From Acidimicrobiales bacterium (lineage in GTDB: Bacteria > Actinomycetota > Acidimicrobiia > Acidimicrobiales > JAUJNH01): 64,000 bases of DNA. A program made the position numbers and the translations under genes. The DNA lies in contig JAUJNH010000006.1 in NCBI GenBank assembly GCA_030448245.1, positions 15,788 to 79,787 of the forward strand, read 5' to 3'. The notes under the pieces were generated by a model. That model did not search any database, was not told the origin of the DNA, and saw only the letters and a list, made by a program, of their open reading frames with translations. Below, piece by piece: positions 17,268-26,945 of this stretch. Position 1 is the stretch's first letter. Each line of letters begins with the position of its first letter.

Positions 17268-18589
17268 GCCCTACCATTCCCCGGCGCCTGGGCCGCTACG
17301 AGGTCATCGAGCTGCTCGGCACCGGCGCCTTCGCCACCGTCTTCAGGGCCCGTGACGACCGGCTCGACGCCGACGTGGCCATCAAGGTGCTGGCCGAGAA
17401 CCACAGCTTCGATCCCGACCTGCGGGAGCGTTTCATCAGCGAGGGCCACCTCCTGCGTCGGGTCGACAGCCCCCACGTGGTCAAGGTCTTCGACCTTGGG
17501 GAGACCGTCGCCGGCCAGCCCTTCCTGGTGCTCGACCTCGCCGCCGGGGGAGACCTGGCCGCCCGACGCCGTGGCCTGGGAGGACACAGCCCGACGCTGG
17601 CCGACCTGCTGGCCGTGGCCGCCCAGGTGGCCGCCGCGCTGGGAGCGCTCCACGGTGAACGCGTCGTCCACCGGGACGTGACGCCCGGCAACCTCCTCAT
17701 CCACGGCCACGCCAACGGACGCCCTCCAACGGCCGTGTTGGGCGCCGGGGAGCGCCTGATGCTCGCCGACCTCGGGCTCTCGAAGGACCTGGCGGTTGCC
17801 TCCGGCCTCACCAAGGGGGCGGGGACGACCGGCTTCACCCCGCCCGAGCAGGGAGCGGGCAGCTGGGTGGACCCCCGGGCCGACATCTGGTCCGCCAGCG
17901 CCCTGCTCGTGTGGCTGATCCTCGGCGCTGCCCCCGACCCGGGCGGGGCTTGGCATGCCGAACTGACCGAGCGTGGCTGGCCCCCTGGCCTCCTGGACGA
18001 GCTGGGCCGGGGCTTGGCGAACGGGCCCGACGACCGCCATCAGACGGCGGAGGCGTGGGTGGCGGCCTTGCAGGAGGCGGCCCGGCCGCCGGTGGCGCCT
18101 CCACCGCCCGTCGACGGCAGCGTCCCTGCAGGCGAGAGCAGATGTGTAAGCCTTGGGCCTCCCGAGGAACGTCGTCCTCGGCGCCCTGTCCTGGTCGGCG
18201 GGCTGGGTCTGTTGGTGTTGCTCCTGGTGACCGGCGGCTGGTTGCTCGGGCGCGCCTCCGTGAGCGGCTCGCCGCCGTACGGACGGACCCGGACCGAGCG
18301 GCTGGCCGGGGGGCAGGTGAGGGCCACCGCCCGCCTGGGTCCTGCTCGTGTCGCCATCACCGGTCCGGAATCTGTTCGGGTGGGCCAGCGGGCTGAGTAC
18401 CGCTCCGAGACGAGTGGCGTGGTCGGGTACCGGTGGCTGGCTCCGGACGGCCGGTCGTATGAGGATGAGCCGACCTTGATCGTCGACCCCACCTCCGAGG
18501 GGACGGCGACGGTGCGCCTCCTGGGCCAGAGCGCCGAAGGTGACGTCGTGGTGGCCGAGGTACGCGTGACCGTAGGACGACGAACCTGA
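17264..18589 (+). CDS. Transmembrane Ser/Thr protein kinase
   Basis: Start overlaps sigma factor stop (ATGA); Hanks kinase motifs (GxGxxA loop GTGAFATV, AIK, HRDVTPGNLL, DLG, TPPE); one TM helix then ~110-aa extracytoplasmic C-terminal domain. Confidence 0.8.
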   Translation: MSPTIPRRLGRYEVIELLGTGAFATVFRARDDRLDADVAIKVLAENHSFDPDLRERFISEGHLLRRVDSPHVVKVFDLGETVAGQPFLVLDLAAGGDLAARRRGLGGHSPTLADLLAVAAQVAAALGALHGERVVHRDVTPGNLLIHGHANGRPPTAVLGAGERLMLADLGLSKDLAVASGLTKGAGTTGFTPPEQGAGSWVDPRADIWSASALLVWLILGAAPDPGGAWHAELTERGWPPGLLDELGRGLANGPDDRHQTAEAWVAALQEAARPPVAPPPPVDGSVPAGESRCVSLGPPEERRPRRPVLVGGLGLLVLLLVTGGWLLGRASVSGSPPYGRTRTERLAGGQVRATARLGPARVAITGPESVRVGQRAEYRSETSGVVGYRWLAPDGRSYEDEPTLIVDPTSEGTATVRLLGQSAEGDVVVAEVRVTVGRRT

Positions 18590-18718
18590 GCCGCTTCCTG
18601 CAACGGGCGTGCGCAGGCCGACAGGGTGCCATGCCCCCGGTGCGCGCGGGCGCGGCCCCTCCAGCGGACCTCCCGTGGTCTCGAGCCGGTCGCTGATCCC
18701 CCTAGGCTTCGGGCTGGC

Positions 18719-19153
18719 GTGGAGAGGTTCTTGTCAGTGGCGGTCCTGTTGGCGCTGGCCGGCTTGGTTCTCTTGGTCACTGGTTTCCGCCGCCTGCGCC
18801 GCAGCCGGTCCTTCCGGACCCGGGCGGCGCGGGCCACCGTCGTGGTCATGGAGCAGCGCTTGCAGGCCCCGGCGGCGCTTCCGGGTCTGCCTACTTCCCG
18901 GTGGCGGTTCCAGACGGCCGACGGCGGCACCGTGACTTTCATCTCCGACATCGGCTCGATGCCGGCTCATGCTCCCGGGAGCGGCATCGGAGTCCTCTAC
19001 GACCCGGACCGACCGGCTGATGCCCGCATCGACTCCCCCCTCCGGACGAGCGGACGAGCCGCTCTCGAGCTGATCCTCGCGGCGTGCATGCTCGGCGGGA
19101 GCCTGACGGTCCTCGCCGCCCGATGGGCGATCTCCCTGCTGCCTGCTCCGTGA
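18719..19153 (+). CDS. DUF3592-like membrane protein
   Basis: TM helix, beta-rich middle, C-terminal TM, as in DUF3592; start uncertain (GTG at 18719 chosen). Confidence 0.4.
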   Translation: MERFLSVAVLLALAGLVLLVTGFRRLRRSRSFRTRAARATVVVMEQRLQAPAALPGLPTSRWRFQTADGGTVTFISDIGSMPAHAPGSGIGVLYDPDRPADARIDSPLRTSGRAALELILAACMLGGSLTVLAARWAISLLPAP

Positions 19154-19348
19154 GCTCGCCGGATGAGGCCTACGTCGTGCGCCGCCGGCTGCCGTGGCGG
19201 GTGGGCCTGCGGGGCACGGTGGGGCGTGGGTGTGATCGTGCTGGTGATCTCACCGGCGGGCGGCAACGGTGCACCAGGGTCTCAGGGCCATCGTCGAAGA
19301 CCCGGCTGATCCCTGCCCGTGGCTCCCGGGCTACGACGACCGATCGTC

Positions 19349-19402
19349 GGCTGGACCCTGGATCACCACCAGCTCGGCTGGACCCTGGATCACCACCAGC
19401 TG
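19349..19402. repeat. Perfect 27-bp tandem duplication (GGCTGGACCCTGGATCACCACCAGCTS x2)
   Basis: Direct reading of the intergenic region upstream of the 19532 lipoprotein. Confidence 0.7.
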
Positions 19403-19531
19403 GCCCAGGCGGTGCGGGCGTTCGCGCCCCAGGTCGAGGTCCTCCACCTGCAGCAGGCGCCGCGAACATGAGTTTCTTGCAACCGATCCGCCGCACGGCG
19501 CGACCAACGTGGTGAACCAGGAGGAACGCCA

Positions 19532-20119
19532 ATGACCATGCCAACCATCTCCCACCGACTCCTCGCCCTCGGAGCGGCGCTCACCGTCGCCCTGACGGCC
19601 GGCGCCTGCTCGAACCCCTTGGAAGAGAAGGCCGACACCACGAGCGGCGTCGCCACCACCGCGGTGGTCGGGACCACCACCAAGGAGGCATCCAGCACCC
19701 AGGGATCACAACCGCCGAGCACCGCGGAACGGGCCGCCATCGCTACCAGCGGTGACCCGGCGAGCACAGGAGGGGGCATCGAGATCACCTCCCTCAAACG
19801 GGACTCCAACCAGCTCGTGACCCTTCGGTTCTTCCTGGTGAACAAGGGCACCAAGAACGTCACGGTATCCAGCCGCTTCGGGGCCGGTGGCACCCGGGAT
19901 GTCTCCGAGGTCTACCTCGTCGACCCCGACGGCCTCAAGAAGTACCTCACCGTGCAGGACACCGATGGGGGCTGCCTGTGCAGCACCAACCTGTTCGACG
20001 TGAAGCCTGGTGACCGGCTCGAGCTCTTCGCCACCTTCGCGGCGCCGCCCCCGGACGTGAAAGCGGTGACGGTGGTGGTGCCCTCGTTCCAGCCCGTCAA
20101 CGACGTCCCCCTGTCATGA
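19532..20119 (+). CDS. Lipoprotein, Thr/Ser-rich linker plus beta-rich domain (DUF4352-like)
   Basis: AGGAGG RBS upstream; lipobox LTAGAC; C-terminal ~110-aa globular domain. Confidence 0.55.
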   Translation: MTMPTISHRLLALGAALTVALTAGACSNPLEEKADTTSGVATTAVVGTTTKEASSTQGSQPPSTAERAAIATSGDPASTGGGIEITSLKRDSNQLVTLRFFLVNKGTKNVTVSSRFGAGGTRDVSEVYLVDPDGLKKYLTVQDTDGGCLCSTNLFDVKPGDRLELFATFAAPPPDVKAVTVVVPSFQPVNDVPLS

Positions 20120-20694
20120 TCCGCCGGTTGCTGGCCGTTGCCGTGCTGCTCACGGTCCTTGTGCCGGGCGAGGCGTCCGCCCAACAACAGGTGAAGCCCA
20201 AGGTGCTCGACCTCAAGCTGCGGGTCGTCGACCTCCGGCTGCGGGTCGAGAGCCCACAGGGCGTGCGGGGCGAGTCTCCCTCCCAGGTCGACTTCGCCAT
20301 CGCCGGCGACGTGCTCTTCGCGTTCAACGAGGCGACCCTGACGCCGGCGGCGGCGGCAATCCTGTCCGGCCTGGCCAACGAGATCCGGGCCCAGGCAGCC
20401 GGCCCGGTCAAGATCGTGGGGTACACCGACGCGGTGGGGGAGGACGCCTTCAACCTCGACCTGTCCCGGCGGCGGGCAAAGGCGGTAGAAGCGGAGTTGC
20501 GCCGCCTCCTGGCGGGCGCAGTGTCGGAGTTCACCACCGACGGCCGGGGGGAAGCCGACCCGGTGGCGCCCAACAAGAACCAAGACGGCTCCGACAACCC
20601 GCAGGGCCGGGCTCGGAACCGTCGGGTGACCGCTACCTACGCCAAACGCTCCGCTTCCTCAGCGCCGACGACGTCATCGGCGAAGGGGCCATGA
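20116..20694 (+). CDS. OmpA/MotB C-terminal domain protein
   Basis: ATGA overlap with upstream lipoprotein; signal peptide; OmpA_C motifs (FAFNEATLT, VKIVGYTDAVG, NLDLSRRRA, NRRV). Confidence 0.7.
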   Translation: MIRRLLAVAVLLTVLVPGEASAQQQVKPKVLDLKLRVVDLRLRVESPQGVRGESPSQVDFAIAGDVLFAFNEATLTPAAAAILSGLANEIRAQAAGPVKIVGYTDAVGEDAFNLDLSRRRAKAVEAELRRLLAGAVSEFTTDGRGEADPVAPNKNQDGSDNPQGRARNRRVTATYAKRSASSAPTTSSAKGP

Positions 20695-21512
20695 CGGGCG
20701 GCACCACTCGGCCGCACGGCCGAGCGTCGGAGCGGGCTTCCAGCCGGCCGCACCGGTCGCCCACCCGGGTGCCCGAGGCGGTCGAGGCCAAGATCTGCCG
20801 TGTGCGGCAAGCTGAGAAGGTCGGCGCCGACCGCCTCGCCATCCACCTGGGCGCTCCGGCCTCGACGATCCACCGCGTCCTGGTTCGCCACGACCTCAAC
20901 CGGCTCGACCGGCAGACCGCCCAACCGATCCGCCGCTACGAACGGGCCCGCCCCGGCGAGTTGGTCCACGTCGACGTCAAGAAACTCGGGAAGATCCCGC
21001 CCGGCGGCGGCCACAAGATCCACGGCCGGGCCGCCACCAGCAGCGGCGGCCGGCGCCGGCTGCGGATCGGCTACGCCTACCTCCACACCGCCATCGACGA
21101 CCACAGCCGCCTGGCCTACACCGAGGTCCTCGCCGACGAACAAGGCCGCACCTGCGCCGGCTTTTGGCGTCGAGCCAACGCCTGGTTCGCCGCCCGGGGC
21201 GTGATCGTCGAGCGGGTCCTGACCGACAACCACTTCTCCTACCGGGGACTGCTGTTCAACCAGGCGCTGGCCGACACCAGGATCGTGCACAAGTTCTGCC
21301 GGCCCTACCGGCCCCAGACCAACGGCAAGGTCGAGCGGTTCCACCGCACCCTCCTCGAGGAATGGGCCTACGTCCGCCCCTACACCCGAGAAGCCGACCG
21401 CACCCGCGCACTTGCGCACTGGCTCCACCGCTACAACCATCACCGAGTGCACACCGCCATCGGAGACGCCCCCATCACCCGCGTCACCAACCTCCCCGCG
21501 AAACACAGCTAG
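20691..21512 (+). mobile_element. IS481-family transposase (integrase core), N-terminally truncated
   Basis: rve domain with DDE residues (HVDVKK...D, ...TDNHFSY, ...E); only the second HTH (SRPHRSP) is present and the reading frame begins inside the OmpA gene, so ~60 N-terminal aa are missing. Confidence 0.7.
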
Positions 21513-21527
21513 TCGGCGCAGACCGAA

Positions 21528-21546
21528 CTGCCGATCTGCTCGGCAG
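21528..21546 (+). terminator. Hairpin CTGCCGA-TCTGC-TCGGCAG just after the transposase stop
   Basis: 7-bp perfect inverted repeat; coordinates approximate (+/-2). Confidence 0.3.
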
Positions 21547-21896
21547 CTTCTTGCGACCGGTCGAAACCGAGTCGGCACTACGTCCTGCAAGCTGGTCTGG
21601 CGGGCGAGCGAACGGGGCGCCCAGAACTTTCGGCCGCCGACCGCAACGTCGTCGCCGACGTACCTGTCGGGCGCCCGGGAACGGCACCAGCCGAGCGCTC
21701 GGTATCGATCGGGCTCTCAACTCGTGCTTGGCGCTGGCTTACCAGGGTCCGCGACGGGGCGTGGACCGTCCTCTGGGATGGGTTGTCGGTCCGGGAGCTT
21801 CGTAGCCGGCTTCCTGGGGTCGTGGCGGCGAGCGAACAGCTGGGCTTGCACGGGCTGTGGGGGAGGGCGATCGCGAGCTGCCCGCCTGCTCCAACG

Positions 21897-22960
21897 TCAT
21901 GGCTTTGGCGCGATCCTCAGTATCCGGTCGTCGTCGCTCGCTGGGCTGCCCCGGCCGTCCCGGTTGGAGGTGGTGAGGTAGACGGCGCCGTCGGGCCCGA
22001 CGGCCACGTCTCGCAGCCGCCCGTGGTCGTCCTTGTAGAGGACCTCTTCGTCGGTCACTCTGCCGTCGCCTCCCAGGGTCAGTCGGTGCAGGCTCTCGCC
22101 TCGGAGCGTGACGAACAGGAGCGAGTCCTTCCACTGGGGGATGAGGTCAGCCGAGTACACGACGCAGCCGGCAGGAGCGACCGCCGGGGTGTAGTTCCTG
22201 ATCCCGTTGCCCGACGTGGCTGGCCATCCGCCGTCAAAGCCCTCTCGGAGCAGGTTGACCTCGTCCCTGCCGCTCGGTCCGTGCTCGGTGGCGAACAGCC
22301 TTCCGTCGGGTGCGAAGCACAGCCCCTGCACGTTGCGGTGGCCCTTGCTGAACACCGTCACGTTGCCTGAGTCGGGATTGACCCGTAGGACCTTGCCGTT
22401 GAGGCTGCCGACGTCGGCAGCGAGGTCAGGTTGGGCAGCGTCACCGGTGGAGGCGTAGAGCTGGCCGTCAGGACCCAGGCGAAGGCGTCCACCATCGTGG
22501 ATGGCTGCTCTGGTGATGCCTTCCACCAAGACCTTCTGCGACCCGTCTGGTTCGAAGCGCACGATCCGGTTGTCGCGCTCGGTGGTGTACATCACGAACA
22601 TCCGCCCCCGCTGGTCGATCTCCAGTCCCATCAGCCCACCCTCGCCCGACTCGGAAACGCCGTCGATCTGCCGCGACGTCCCGCCGGCGCGGCCCAGGCG
22701 ACCGGAGCGCTCGGTGTACCAAGGGCGCCCTGAGGGTCCCAAGCCAACGACCACACCGTGTCAAGGTTGCGGGCAACCTCGGTGACGGCCAACGGCATCG
22801 GGCGCCCGGTCGCCGCGGCCGTCGTGCTTGGGAGGCCGCTCGGTTCGGCGCTCAGGCTCGTGGTCGTGTTCGTCGACACCGACGTCCGTTGGCCAGAGCC
22901 GCAGGCGGTGGCGACGACGAGGAGGGCCATCACCCAGAGGGAACGCGAAGGCATGGTCAC
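21897..22960 (-). pseudogene. PQQ-dependent sugar dehydrogenase (soluble glucose/sorbosone dehydrogenase family) lipoprotein, frameshifted
   Basis: N-terminal part (lipobox VVATACGSG; NLDTVWSLAWDPQGAL) in ORF 22631..22960 and the rest (RPWYTERSGRL, beta-propeller repeats) in ORF 21897..22754; frame change near 22735. Confidence 0.6.
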
Positions 22961-23098
22961 AACATCTCACGCCGCGAGCCGGTCCGGACCGCGGCCACGT
23001 CGGGTGGCCCGAGGCTCGAGAACGCCGGGAACGTCACCAGCCGAGCGCGAGCTATCGCTCACGCTTAGTCCCCCGGAGCCATCGGCGTTCGTCGGCCG

Positions 23099-23330
23099 TC
23101 AGTAGGCGATAGCGATGCGGTACCCACCGTCGTACTCCTGTTGCTCCCGGAGGTGGCCGTGGCGGTCGTCCCATGCGCCGGATTCAAGGTCTGCCTTCAA
23201 CTGTGCCGCGCCGCATTGGCGGTCGGTCTCCGGGAGCATCGCCAGCCACGACGTGCCGGCCTGGACCTCGGGATCTAGGTAGGCGTCCGGCCTGGCCCAG
23301 AAGCAACGGGACGTCGATACCGGTACCTTG
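23099..23330 (-). pseudogene. Possible C-terminal remnant of a SAM-dependent methyltransferase
   Basis: Only the last ~75 aa look protein-like; the rest of the ORF overlaps the LLM gene on the opposite strand. Confidence 0.15.
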
Positions 23331-23335
23331 CCGCC

Positions 23336-24300
23336 ATGCCACTCCCCGATGGCATCGGCTTCTGGTTGCAGGCCGAGCCGGCGGATGGTGGGTCCTGGGT
23401 TCAGTTGGCGCGCCACGCCGAGGGCATCGGCTTCGAGGGCATCTGCCTCGGTGACCACCCCGGTCTCGGCGCCTCGCCGTTCGTCGCGCTGGCCGCGCTC
23501 GCCCAGTGCACGTCGACTATCCAGCTCGGCACAGCGGTGCTCAACATCGGTACGTGGAGTTCCCTTGCACCTGGCGACAGAGGTGGCCACGCTGGTCGCG
23601 CTCAGCGGAGAGCGGGTCGTCCTTGGAGTCGGTGCCGGTCACAACCCGACGGAGTGGACGGCGACCGGCCGAACCTTTCCGACTGTGAGCCAGCGGGTGG
23701 AGCACATGGTCGAGGTCGTGGACGCGGCCTGGGCCCTGCTCCGCGGCGAGGTCGTCACGCTCCAGACAGACCACGTGCGGCTCCACGAGGCTCAGCTGCG
23801 CCGGCCGCCGGGTCCCCAAGTCGCCATCCCGCTCCTCGTCGGCGGCAACGGTCGGGGCGTGCTGCGGTACGCCGCCCGGGCCGCCGACGTGATCGAGCTC
23901 ACCGGGCTCGGCCGCACGCTCCCCGATGGGCAGGCCCACATGCCGGACTGGGCGCCCACGGCGGTGGATCAGCGCGTCGCGCTCATCAAGGTCCAACGCG
24001 GTGACCGCCCGTACCGCCTCAGCGCGCTCGTCCAGCGATGCACGATCACTGACTCCCGGACCGACGCCCTCCAGCCTTTCGAGCCGAGCTGACCTAGCTC
24101 ATGGGGCATCAACAGGCCCCCACCATGTCAGACCTGTTGCAGACGCCCTACGTGCTCGTCGGGTCGGAGAACGAGATCCTCCACCAGTTCCGCGCCAACC
24201 GGGATCGATGGGCATCACCAGGTACACCGTCCGCACCGAGGCCCTCCATGCCCTGGCGCCGATCATCGACCGGTTGCGCCTCGAAGCAGGCGAGCGCTGA
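23336..24300 (+). pseudogene. LLM-class (luciferase-like) flavin-dependent oxidoreductase, multiply frameshifted
   Basis: Family-typical segments lie in three different frames: N-terminal (GFEGICLGDHP, LGTAVLNI), middle (VVLGVGAGHN), C-terminal (TPYVLVGSENEILHQF and GITRYTV). Confidence 0.55.
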
Positions 24301-24792
24301 CCTACCTCGCGATCGGCGAGAAGCCGCCCTTCCCACCCGGCGTGATCCGGACATGGTCGATCGACGAGGTAATGGAGGTCGACGGACTCCAAGACTCCAT
24401 CAGCATGTTCTTCCACGCCGGCCCACCGACGTGAGGACAGACAGCGTCATACCATCGCCGCCTCACGTCGCTCGGAGGTGGAGCCGACTCGAGAACGCTC
24501 GGGCTCGGCATTCCTGAAGGAGCGGGTTTTGTCAAGACCGTGTCGGCCGCCAGGCCGACTCCATCTCCATCTGGGCCCCCTTCCTCTTCGCGGGGTTGTC
24601 GTTGGGGGGTTCTCGCAGCAGAGTCCGCTTCAGCGGTGGCCTCGCCGAGCTCGGGGGCCTGTCATTCCTTCGTCACGCCCAAGGGTTGGGTGACATGCTG
24701 CGATCAGGCCACAACCGGTTGGGCTCAAGCACAAAGCCGGCCGCTTCGGGCCATGCCGATAATCGAGCTCGCAACCGGTTGCGCCGAGCCGG

Positions 24793-25020
24793 TCAGCCCG
24801 TCTCGGCCAGGCAACGGATCTCACCGTCGCGCAGGCCGTAGTAGACGAGCGTCAAGAGCTTCCGGGCGACGGCCACACGGGCCTTGGCCGTTCCCCTCCG
24901 CTGAGCGATCCGGTGGTAGTCGGCCCGCAGCTTCGGACCGCCCCGCCGGTTGCCGGACGCCTCGATCGCCGCCCACCGCACCAGTGGTGAGCCCTGCTTG
25001 GTGATCGACCCCCGGTGCAC
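24793..25020 (-). mobile_element. IS110-family transposase C-terminal fragment
   Basis: 75-aa ORF ending ...ARVAVARKLLTLVYYGLRDGE, characteristic IS110 transposase C-terminus; no upstream remainder detectable. Confidence 0.45.
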
Positions 25021-25454
25021 CGTCGTGTCCGACTCGTGATGCTTGGGGGTCAGGCCCGCCCACGAGCACAGCTGCCGAGGCCCCGGGAACTCGTGCTCCG
25101 CGGATCAGGTAGACCAAGCCTTCCGTGAAGCCGAGTACGGCACGTCCTGCTCGCTCGGTAACAGCGTAAGAACTGGCCTGGATGGACAGTTGACCTGTTG
25201 GCCTTCGGTCTTCCTGTTGTCCTCCTGGCCACGATGCTCGCATTGCGAGCTGGCAGGGACAAAGGTCGGGTCGCCACCGTGCACGCACCTTCGCAGCGAC
25301 GTCAAGTAGACGCTCCAGGCTCCCGATCGGGCGGACCCCTCGCCGAGGTTCATCGTCATCTTGAGGCTGCCGACACTGCCCGGTAGCGGCACCAGCCGGG
25401 CGCGAGGTAACGCACGACGGGATCTCGTGAGAGGACAGCGGGCTGGTTGGTGTC

Positions 25455-26387
25455 GTGAGCGGGGAGACTTCCCGTGTGAGCGTGGACACCCAGCCGATCG
25501 ATACCTGGTGTCGAGAGGTGCTGGGCGCGAGTGTCTCCGCGACCATCTTCTCAAGAGGACGCCTCGCACAGGTCATCGGGGTCCAGCTCGACGACGGCCG
25601 GAAGGTGGTGGTGAAGGTTCGGCCGGCATCTCCTCGCCTGGCTGCCGTCGTCTCTACGCAGCGTCACCTCCATCAGTCCGGGGTTCCCTGTCCCCGGCCG
25701 CTCGCCGGGCCGCTGCCCTTCCGCGGTCAGGCGATCACCGCAGACTCGTACGTACCCGCGGACCAGCTGCCTGGCGGGGTTCCACCAGCAGACGCCTGCG
25801 CCGAACTCCTCGCCGCCATCGTGGCCGCCGGACCGCCGGCCTCTGCCGTGGCGGAACTCAACCCGGCGCCACCATGGGTCGGTTGGGACCACCCTGGTGA
25901 CCAGACGTGGCCACCGCCTGACGATCTCGATGCCGACCTCAACCGCTCCGCAGCCAGCGACTGGCTTGACGCCGCGGCTCGCCGGGTCCGCCAGGCGCTC
26001 CTTGCGCACGCCTCGGCACCCGTCGTCGGTCACGTTGATTGGGAAGCGCACAACATGGGATGGGACGGCGAGAGCCCGATCGTGGTCTACGACTGGGACA
26101 GCCTGGCGATCCGAACCGAGCCCACGATCGTGGGGGCCGCGGCGACGGTCTTCGCCTCGACGACCGGTAGGACGGTCGCGGCATCCGTCAGCGACACAGC
26201 GACGTTCTTGGACAGCTACCAACGGCGACGCGAGCCGTTTCCAGCCGAGGACATGAAAGCTGCGTGGGCAGCAGGGCTGTGGACGCTGCTGTACAACGCG
26301 AAGAAGGAGACAGCCGGTGGGGGCGGCGGCTACCTGAAGCATCTCGAGGCTGAACTCGAGCAGCGGATGCGACTGGCCGGACTTTGA
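25455..26387 (+). CDS. Phosphotransferase-family protein (APH/choline-kinase-like)
   Basis: 310 aa; Brenner-type HxD region (VGHVDWEAHN) and DxD (YDWD) as in aminoglycoside phosphotransferase-like kinases. Confidence 0.55.
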   Translation: MSGETSRVSVDTQPIDTWCREVLGASVSATIFSRGRLAQVIGVQLDDGRKVVVKVRPASPRLAAVVSTQRHLHQSGVPCPRPLAGPLPFRGQAITADSYVPADQLPGGVPPADACAELLAAIVAAGPPASAVAELNPAPPWVGWDHPGDQTWPPPDDLDADLNRSAASDWLDAAARRVRQALLAHASAPVVGHVDWEAHNMGWDGESPIVVYDWDSLAIRTEPTIVGAAATVFASTTGRTVAASVSDTATFLDSYQRRREPFPAEDMKAAWAAGLWTLLYNAKKETAGGGGGYLKHLEAELEQRMRLAGL

Positions 26388-26549
26388 GCCGCCGCCGGAC
26401 CGGGACGAGGCTCTGGGGCGGCCTCAACAGCCGCGGGTGGGCCCAGAACGCCCAACCAGAACGCCTTCATGCAGCCCAGGCGTCGCCACCAGGGCGCCGA
26501 TCGGGCGCCGGGGTACCGCACGTCCCGAGGGCCCGGTAACGCTCGAGTC

Positions 26550-26945
26550 TCACCCCTCGTGTTCCCGACCTCGGCCTTCGTCGGCCGGGAGATCCACTTC
26601 GTGTCCGCAACCGTGGCAGAACATGCCGTCCGGGCCCCTCCACACCCGGTTCGTAGCGCAGTGCATGCACCTCAGGGAGGACTGCAGCGTCCCTCGGCAC
26701 GCAGTGCATCGACGTTCGAATCGGGATCCACCGGCGATCCGGGCCAGAGCCGCTCCGCAGAGGGGACATCGACGTGGGCGGCGTCGATCGGCTCTGCTCA
26801 GCACCCGGACAGATTGCCGCATGATCGAAGCGTCGCTCGTGGCACCCCACCCACGGATCGCGGGTCGGTGACGTCGGCACGTACGCGGTGATGGCCTCAA
26901 CCGTGGCACCGGACACCTCGACCAGTCACCGCTCGGGATCGGCAC
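26550..26945 (-). CDS. Possible small zinc-ribbon protein
   Basis: CPLCG...CTACRG...CMHCA...CHGCG cysteine pairs; weak coding signal. Confidence 0.2.
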   Translation of the reverse strand: MPIPSGDWSRCPVPRLRPSPRTCRRHRPAIRGWGATSDASIMRQSVRVLSRADRRRPRRCPLCGAALARIAGGSRFERRCTACRGTLQSSLRCMHCATNRVWRGPDGMFCHGCGHEVDLPADEGRGREHEG

